From: Cytophagales bacterium
GTDB lineage: Bacteria > Bacteroidota > Bacteroidia > Cytophagales > Cyclobacteriaceae
Reading direction: 5' to 3'
NCBI GenBank assembly: GCA_043773645.1
Contig: JAYVEZ010000262.1
Location: forward strand, 1-43,314
Length of the DNA: 43,314 nt
The notes under the pieces are model-generated. The model did not search any database. It was not told where the DNA came from and worked only from the letters and a program-made list of their open reading frames with translations. The translations under genes and the position numbers were made by a program. Below, one piece after another: positions 37,007 to 43,314 of this stretch; the stretch's first letter is position 1; each line of letters opens with the position of its first letter.

Positions 37007-37567
37007 ATGGAAAATACGATGAATACAGAACCGGAATTGGGAAAACATGATGATTCTGTGACGGAAACGCCACCCTTTCAGCATCCCGAGCCGGAAATCA
37101 AGGCAGAATCCAAATTCGACCAAGACCCCTTGAAGAAGCTTCAGGACGAATTGTCAGAGGCAAAAGACAAGTATGTGAGGCTTTATGCCGAGTTTGAAAA
37201 CCACCGCCGCCGTACCTCCAAAGAAAAACTGGAGATGATTCAGGGCGCGAATGAGCAACTGTTGAAAGCCTTGCTCCCGATCGCAGATGATTTCGAAAGG
37301 GGTGAAAAATCTTTCAAAGAAAAGACAGATAAGGAAGCTGAAGGTTTTTTCCTCATTCAAAACAAATTCAGAAAAATCCTTGAGCAGTACGGGGTAAAAA
37401 TAATGGAAGCAGGCAAAGGCTCCGGATTCAACCCCGACCTCCATGAAGCCATCACCAGCGTACCCGCCGAAGAAAAATTAAGAGGAAAAATTGTAGACGT
37501 CGTGGAGAAAGGATATTTATTGAATGACAAAGTAATCCGGTTCGCCAAAGTCGTAACCGGAAGTTGA
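37007..37567 (+). CDS. grpE: Nucleotide exchange factor GrpE
   Basis: RLYAEFENHRRRT, LLPIADDFER, FNPDLHEAI and KGYLLNDKVIRFAKVV; start ATG 37007. Confidence 0.96.
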   Translation: MENTMNTEPELGKHDDSVTETPPFQHPEPEIKAESKFDQDPLKKLQDELSEAKDKYVRLYAEFENHRRRTSKEKLEMIQGANEQLLKALLPIADDFERGEKSFKEKTDKEAEGFFLIQNKFRKILEQYGVKIMEAGKGSGFNPDLHEAITSVPAEEKLRGKIVDVVEKGYLLNDKVIRFAKVVTGS

Positions 37568-37578
37568 TCGGACTCTAT

Positions 37579-37612
37579 ACATCAACACGTAAACACATAA
37601 ACACGTCAACAC
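37579..37612 (+). repeat. Octamer tandem repeat ACRTMAAC x4 between grpE and dnaJ
   Basis: acatcaac acgtaaac acataaac acgtcaac ac. Confidence 0.75.
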
Positions 37613-37622
37613 TTCCTTCCGC

Positions 37623-38753
37623 ATGTCCAAAAGAGATTTCTACGAAATACTGGGAGTAACCAAATCCTCCACCGCGGAGGAGATCAAGAAAGCCTACCGC
37701 AAAACCGCTATTCAATTTCATCCGGACAAAAATCCCGGCAACAAAGAAGCGGAAGAAAAATTCAAAGAGGCCGCTGAGGCGTATGAAGTGCTGAGCAATC
37801 CCGAAAAGAAAGCTCAATACGATCGTTTTGGACACAACCGGCCAGGCATGGGTGGTCAGGGTGGCCACCATATGAATATGGATGACATCTTCAGTCAGTT
37901 CGGAGATATTTTCGGCAATGGCGGCGGTGGTGGCGGCAGTCCCTTCGAAAGTTTCTTCGGAGGCAGTTCCCGTGGCGGCCAGCGCAGGGGATCCAACCTG
38001 CGCATCAAACTCAAACTCACATTGGAAGAAATTGCCAATGGTGTCGAGAAAAAAATTAAAGTCAACCGCCTCATCCGTGCCGAAGGCGTTACCTTCAAAA
38101 CATGCACCACCTGCCAGGGCAACGGCCAGGTGAGAAAAGTAGTCAACACCATGTTGGGCCAGATGGTCTCAGCGTCGACCTGCCCTGCATGTCAGGGCTC
38201 AGGTCAAATTATTGACAAGCGACCTTCCGGCGTAGACAGCTCCGGGCTGGTTTCAAAAGAAGACCTGATCTCCATCAAGATTCCTGCGGGTGTCGCCGAT
38301 GGCATGCAATTGTCCATGGGGGGAAAAGGAAATGAAGCACCGGGTGGTGGGGTACCGGGGGACCTTCTCATCCTGATCGAAGAGCAAGAGGACAAAGACC
38401 TCAAGCGCGATGGCAATAATTTAGTGTACGACCTCCACATTAATTTTGTGGATGCCGCCCTCGGCACAAACGTAGAGGTACCCTCAGTTGGTGGAAAAGT
38501 CCGTATCAAAATTGATCCGGGCACGCAAGGAGGAAAAATTCTTCGGCTCCGCGGCAAAGGTTTAAAAGACATCAACGGCTATGGCGCTGGCGACCAACTC
38601 ATCTACGTCAACGTATGGACACCCAAAAAGCTCAGCAGCGAAGAAAAGGCGACCCTCGAACACCTGAGGCAGTCACCTAACTTTCAGCCGCATCCTGACA
38701 ACTCTGAAAAAGGCTTTTTTGAGCGCATGAAGGAGTATTTCAACCAGGAATAA
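37623..38753 (+). CDS. dnaJ: Chaperone DnaJ
   Basis: J domain with HPD, G/F-rich region, two CxxCxGxG repeats and C-terminal domains. Confidence 0.97.
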   Translation: MSKRDFYEILGVTKSSTAEEIKKAYRKTAIQFHPDKNPGNKEAEEKFKEAAEAYEVLSNPEKKAQYDRFGHNRPGMGGQGGHHMNMDDIFSQFGDIFGNGGGGGGSPFESFFGGSSRGGQRRGSNLRIKLKLTLEEIANGVEKKIKVNRLIRAEGVTFKTCTTCQGNGQVRKVVNTMLGQMVSASTCPACQGSGQIIDKRPSGVDSSGLVSKEDLISIKIPAGVADGMQLSMGGKGNEAPGGGVPGDLLILIEEQEDKDLKRDGNNLVYDLHINFVDAALGTNVEVPSVGGKVRIKIDPGTQGGKILRLRGKGLKDINGYGAGDQLIYVNVWTPKKLSSEEKATLEHLRQSPNFQPHPDNSEKGFFERMKEYFNQE

Positions 38754-38893
38754 AAAATCACCTGTCGTCCGCTCCCTTTTGCCAACCTTTGGCAACCGCT
38801 CCCGTATATGACCAATTACGGGTGATCTTAACAATAATTTAACGTTGATTTACCCGGTTTAACCTAAACAGGACAAAACTCGTAACAAAGGTC

Positions 38894-39790
38894 ATGGGGA
38901 AAACCTTATCGTTGACGGTGGTGGGGCTGATGTGCGCAGGAGCGGTGGTTGGCCAGATGAAAAAGCAGTTCACGGTTGATAACCAGGAAAGCTGCCAAAC
39001 GGTGGACTTGAGCTTAAAAGCCAAGACTGGTAACTGCTTTATCCGTTCGGGTCAGACATCAGAACTCCTTTCTATTTATAGCAATCAGGATCTTGAAGAG
39101 TACGCTCACACCTTCAGCAACGAAGTCAAGAATGCCATCTGTTATGTAAAGCTTGCACTGGAGCAGGAAGGGCAGCGTGGCGTCAGCAAGAAAATTTCGT
39201 ATCAGGTTTTCGGAGGTGAAGAGAAGAATTCAGACAAATTCTGGAAGGTATACCTCACCGATTCCAAACCATACTCCCTCGATCTCGACTATGGCCTTGG
39301 CAATGCCAACATAGACCTCTCCGGCCTCTCGATCAAAAAACTCAAAATCAACACAGGCAGTGCAGATGTCAATGTTTCGTACGCCTCAGGCCTTGAGAAC
39401 AAGGTGGAGATGGACACTTTTTTTGTCAAAGTAGACCTCGGTTCCCTCAATGTCCGGCAATTGAATCTTTCCCATTCTAAAGTGGTCATTGCTGAGGTGG
39501 GGTTTGGAAACATATTTCTTGATTTCAGCAACCGTCCAGAAATCATGCCCACCGTGCATGGCAGCGTCGGCGCGGGCAATATGATCATTGTTTTGCCTGA
39601 CGAGACTGTGCCTGTTATGGTCAAGATCAACGAATCCTGGTTGTGCAGCGTGAATCTCTCCAGAAACATGAAGCGAATTGGCACCAATACATATGCCAAT
39701 CCAGCCTACTCACGGAATTCCAAGAATGCCCTTACCTTCGACCTCGACGTATCGATGGGTAAGATCATATTCAAAGAAAAAACCAACTGA
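38894..39790 (+). CDS. Exported beta-strand-repeat protein (toast-rack / LiaF / DUF4097-like)
   Basis: Signal peptide; repeats LDYGLGNANIDLS, INTGSADVNV, VDLGSLNV, EVGFGNIFLDF, SVGAGNMIIVLP and DVSMGKIIF. Confidence 0.65.
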   Translation: MGKTLSLTVVGLMCAGAVVGQMKKQFTVDNQESCQTVDLSLKAKTGNCFIRSGQTSELLSIYSNQDLEEYAHTFSNEVKNAICYVKLALEQEGQRGVSKKISYQVFGGEEKNSDKFWKVYLTDSKPYSLDLDYGLGNANIDLSGLSIKKLKINTGSADVNVSYASGLENKVEMDTFFVKVDLGSLNVRQLNLSHSKVVIAEVGFGNIFLDFSNRPEIMPTVHGSVGAGNMIIVLPDETVPVMVKINESWLCSVNLSRNMKRIGTNTYANPAYSRNSKNALTFDLDVSMGKIIFKEKTN

Positions 39791-39851
39791 GAAATTCGCT
39801 TGCGAGGGAATGAATCTGATTCGAACCCCTTGGCTACCGTAATTATCCTTT

Positions 39852-39859
39852 TAGTTTTG
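39852..39859 (+). promoter_or_regulatory. Bacteroidota -7 promoter element (TAGTTTTG) for the ABC transporter
   Basis: Exact TAnnTTTG match upstream of GTG 39893. Confidence 0.55.
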
Positions 39860-39892
39860 CTACCTATCTATTAACATTCTAAAAACCCGATT

Positions 39893-40807
39893 GTGGAAGC
39901 ACTTGTTGTCAAAGGAGTCACCAAACGGTATACGAACCATACCGCATTGGATCAGGTAGACATCACTGTACCGGAACAGACCATATACGGATTGCTGGGG
40001 CCCAATGGGGCCGGTAAGACCACCCTCATTCGGATTATCAATCAGATTATCAATGCAGACTCCGGAGAAATCACCATTTTCGGTCAGAAGCTAAACCCGA
40101 ACCATGTGGGCGTGATCGGGTACCTCCCCGAAGAACGAGGGCTATACAAAAAACTTAAGGTAGGAGAACAACTTCTTTACCTGGCCCAACTTAAAGGCCT
40201 TAGCCGGAGCGATGCCCTCGTCCGCATCAAAGTATGGCTCCAGAAATTTGAGATCACGGATTGGTGGAACAAGAAAGTAGAAGACTTGTCCAAGGGCATG
40301 GCCCAAAAAGTGCAATTCATCAGCACCGTCATGCATGAACCCCGGCTGATCATTTTGGATGAGCCCTTTTCAGGATTTGATCCTGTAAACGCCCAGCTGA
40401 TCACCGAAGAGATTCTGGAACTGAAGAAAAAAGGCTCCACCATCATCTTCTCCACCCACCGGATGGAGACAGTCGAAGATTTGTGTGATCATATCGCCCT
40501 GATCAACAAATCCAAGAAAATACTGGAAGGATCCAAAAAGCAAGTCAAAGACAAATACAAGACGAATACTTTTTTGATTCATCATCACGGAATGTTTAAC
40601 CTCATGGGCAGTCATTACACGTTGGAGCACCAGGAGGCAGCAGAAGATGGATTGCTGAAGTCAACCATAAAGATGAATGGAACGGGTAGTCCAAATGACC
40701 TGATCCGCGACTTGATCCAGGTCACTGAGGTGCACAGTTTTCAGGAAAAAATACCCAGCATGAGCGAGATATTTATAGGCTTAGTGAAAGGAGAATCCCA
40801 TGAATAA
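39893..40807 (+). CDS. ABC-2 type transporter ATP-binding protein
   Basis: Walker A GPNGAGKTT, signature LSKGMAQK, Walker B IILDEPFSGFDP and STH. Confidence 0.95.
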   Translation: MEALVVKGVTKRYTNHTALDQVDITVPEQTIYGLLGPNGAGKTTLIRIINQIINADSGEITIFGQKLNPNHVGVIGYLPEERGLYKKLKVGEQLLYLAQLKGLSRSDALVRIKVWLQKFEITDWWNKKVEDLSKGMAQKVQFISTVMHEPRLIILDEPFSGFDPVNAQLITEEILELKKKGSTIIFSTHRMETVEDLCDHIALINKSKKILEGSKKQVKDKYKTNTFLIHHHGMFNLMGSHYTLEHQEAAEDGLLKSTIKMNGTGSPNDLIRDLIQVTEVHSFQEKIPSMSEIFIGLVKGESHE

Positions 40808-42110
40808 AATTTGGTTAATTATCCAGCGTGAATTTTTGAACCGGGTTCAAAAGAAATCATTTTTGATTGCCACCATCCTGGTGCCTTTGATCTTTCCTGC
40901 CATCATTGGCCTCCTCGTATTTGTGTCCAAACAATCTGAAAAGAATGCCCGGAAGGAGGTCATCCACTTTGTCGATGAAAGCAAGGCGTTTATTCCTGAC
41001 ACTTCCCGGTTTGTGTTCAAGCCATTTGCCGGCTCCCTCGACGACGCGAAGAAAGCTTTCAACACCTCGGAGGACTTTGGCTTGCTCTACATTCCAACGT
41101 ATGAGCTTTCCAAACCCAAAGGGATCACACTCTACACCAAGATTAACCCAAGCCTTGATGATGTGGGGAACATTGAACATCTTTTTGAAGCGCAGATCAA
41201 AGACCTGAAGATGCAACGACTTAACATCGATCAAAAATTGCTGGACAGTCTAAAAACCAATGTTAATATCAAGACGGTAAAATTGAGTGAAGGCGGCCAG
41301 GAGAAATCCAGCAACACGGGAATCTTGTTTGGTATCGGCATGGCCGGTGGAATATTGATGTACATGTTTATTTTCATTTACGGTGCCCAGATCATGCAAG
41401 GCATCATTGAAGAAAAAACCAGCAAGGTGGTGGAGGTCATAGTCTCCTCGGTAAAGCCCTTTCAACTCATGATGGGTAAAATTATCGGACTTGCTTCGGT
41501 GGGATTGCTGCAGTTCCTGATATGGATCATCCTTATGAGCACCCTGACTTTTGGAGTACTTGGATATTTTGGTATTGACCCACCCCAACAACAAGCCATG
41601 CAGCAAATGGCTCCGGAAGTGGCCGCCCAGCAGGCTGCCGCTAATTCCGCCATGATCAACGGCATTAACGAAGCATTGAATCTACCCTGGGCATACATCC
41701 TCTTTACTTTTCTTTTCTATTTCCTTGGAGGATACCTGATCTATGGCGCCCTGTTTGCCGCCGTCGGCTCAGCTGTGGACAGCCCTGCAGAAGCCCAACA
41801 GTTCATGTTTCCGATCACAATCCCGTTGCTCATCTCCTACATGAGTTTGTTTATGTTCATTCTCAAAGATCCCCAAGGCACCGTGAGTGTTTGGCTTTCC
41901 ATCATACCCTTCACATCGCCGATCGCCATGATGGGTCGAATCGGTTTTGAAGTACCGTTGTGGCAGTTGCTGCTTTCCATGACCCTTCTCATCGCAGGAT
42001 TTATCTTAACTACCTGGGTGGCAGGAAGAATTTATCGGGTGGGCATTTTGATGAGTGGAACCAAGGTGAACTACAAGGTCCTTGCCAAGTGGTTCATGCA
42101 AAGAGGATAG
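40800..42110 (+). CDS. ABC-2 type transporter permease (NatB-like)
   Basis: IIQREFLNRV, IIEEKTSKVVEVIVSSVKPFQLMMGKIIG, LFAAVGSA, SIIPFTSPIAM and IYRVGILM. Confidence 0.93.
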   Translation: MNKIWLIIQREFLNRVQKKSFLIATILVPLIFPAIIGLLVFVSKQSEKNARKEVIHFVDESKAFIPDTSRFVFKPFAGSLDDAKKAFNTSEDFGLLYIPTYELSKPKGITLYTKINPSLDDVGNIEHLFEAQIKDLKMQRLNIDQKLLDSLKTNVNIKTVKLSEGGQEKSSNTGILFGIGMAGGILMYMFIFIYGAQIMQGIIEEKTSKVVEVIVSSVKPFQLMMGKIIGLASVGLLQFLIWIILMSTLTFGVLGYFGIDPPQQQAMQQMAPEVAAQQAAANSAMINGINEALNLPWAYILFTFLFYFLGGYLIYGALFAAVGSAVDSPAEAQQFMFPITIPLLISYMSLFMFILKDPQGTVSVWLSIIPFTSPIAMMGRIGFEVPLWQLLLSMTLLIAGFILTTWVAGRIYRVGILMSGTKVNYKVLAKWFMQRG

Positions 42111-42198
42111 ACATCACAGCTTTTGCATGAACCCGTATTGCTTTACACTTGAATTGCTTTAAGCATTTCTAATATTTTTTTTCCTATCTTCATCGGCC

Positions 42199-43314
42199 AT
42201 GGCAAAACCGATCCGTATTTCTACAATGGATTTCTACCAGGACAATACCAACCTGAAGTGGATTATCCTGATCGTTTCAGTCATCATCAGCGTGGGGACA
42301 ATCTATTACACCAATGTCCTTGTGGAGCAGCTGAAAGAGCGTGAAAAGAACCAGGTGCGGCTCTTTGCAAAGGTCTGGAGTACACATCCAACGACACGGA
42401 CAACAACATTCTTTTCATCACGGAGGAAATTATCTACAAGAACAATTCCATTCCCACCATCCTGATTGATGGTCAGGATCATATTGTAAACTCCAACAAT
42501 GTGGACATCGATCCAGACTGGACTCCTGAAAAAAAGGAAAGAGAATTGCAACGCCAGCTACTGGAGATGAAGAAAACTTATCCTCCCATTCCCATTTTGC
42601 TGAAAGATCCGACCACCGCGGAAGTTTTTGGGAAACAATTGGTGTACTACAAGAATTCCTCATTGCTCAGACAACTCATTGCCTATCCTTATATCCAACT
42701 TTCCGTCATTGCCATTTTTGGTTTTATCTCTTACCTGGCTTTCAATTATTCCAAAACGGCTGAGCAAAACAGGGTGTGGGTTGGACTCGCGAAAGAGACA
42801 GCTCATCAATTGGGAACACCCTTGTCTTCACTCATGGCATGGATTGAAGTGCTGCGGGATGATCCGCAGTTTAAAGGAAAGGGAATCGTGGAGGAGCTTG
42901 ACAAAGACATCCGAAAACTGCGGGTGGTCACTGAGCGATTTTCAAGCATTGGCTCTACACCGGTATTGAAAGAAGAAAATATCTTTCAGCTCATCAACAA
43001 CGTGGTGAGTTACCTCCAGCCCCGTGTGTCTTCCAAAATAAACATTGAGGTATACACCCTTTCCGAAACCATTTGCGCCATGGTGCATGCACCGCTCTTT
43101 GAATGGGTCATCGAAAATCTTTGCAAGAATGCCGTGGATGCCATGGGAAGTACAGGCACCATCGCCATCAAAATTTTACGTGGCAGTGACCATAAAGTTT
43201 TTATTGATATTTCCGATACAGGAAAAGGCATGCCGAAGTCCATCATCTCCAGCGTATTCAAACCTGGCTTCACCACCAAGAAGCGAGGTTGGGGACTTGG
43301 CCTCGCATTGGCGA
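42199..43314 (+). pseudogene. Membrane sensor histidine kinase split by an apparent 1-bp deletion at ~42369-42373 (real or sequencing error); runs off the right edge
   Basis: First frame gives TM1 and ...QVRLFAK. The shifted frame continues GLEYTSNDTDNNILFITEEIIYKNNSIPTIL...YPYIQLSVIAIFGFISYLAF...WVGLAKETAHQLGTPLSSL (H box), WVIENLCKNAVDAM (N), DTGKGM (G1), FKPGFTTK (F) and GWGLGLAL (G2). Confidence 0.88.

Noticed and set aside
42628-43279. ORFs 42628..42969 (+) and 43010..43279 (-)
   Set aside because: Alternative-frame and antisense shadows of the histidine kinase frame.

Overview
Chromosomal segment of a Bacteroidota bacterium, probably Cytophagales-like (TAnnTTTG promoter elements, Sec/Tat exported proteins, typical gene families). 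In order: partial alpha-glucan phosphorylase; an exported TPR-CHAT protease / PD40-OmpA / 752-aa unknown operon; DUF2141; IorAB-type molybdoenzyme with cytochrome c and MocA; an ECF sigma fused in-frame to its downstream membrane gene by an apparent 1-bp insertion; tRNA-Pro(CGG) followed by a tandem hairpin-rich ~160-bp repeat and an AT-rich four-gene cassette (CDP-paratose synthase-like, CDP-tyvelose epimerase, GT87-like GT-C, DPM1-like GT2); an ECF/anti-sigma operon with four DUF4097-like genes in A-B-A'-B' order; an alkylation-repair cluster with a shared 23-bp upstream box; a GMC dehydrogenase pair, M42 peptidase and GH109-like enzyme; hpt-adk-obgE, grpE-dnaJ, an ABC transporter and a frameshifted histidine kinase. 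The best novelty candidates are the tyvelose lipid-carrier cassette with its tRNA-linked repeat, the exported CHAT-OmpA operon and several self-consistent regulatory motifs. All family calls come from motif recognition, not database searches.
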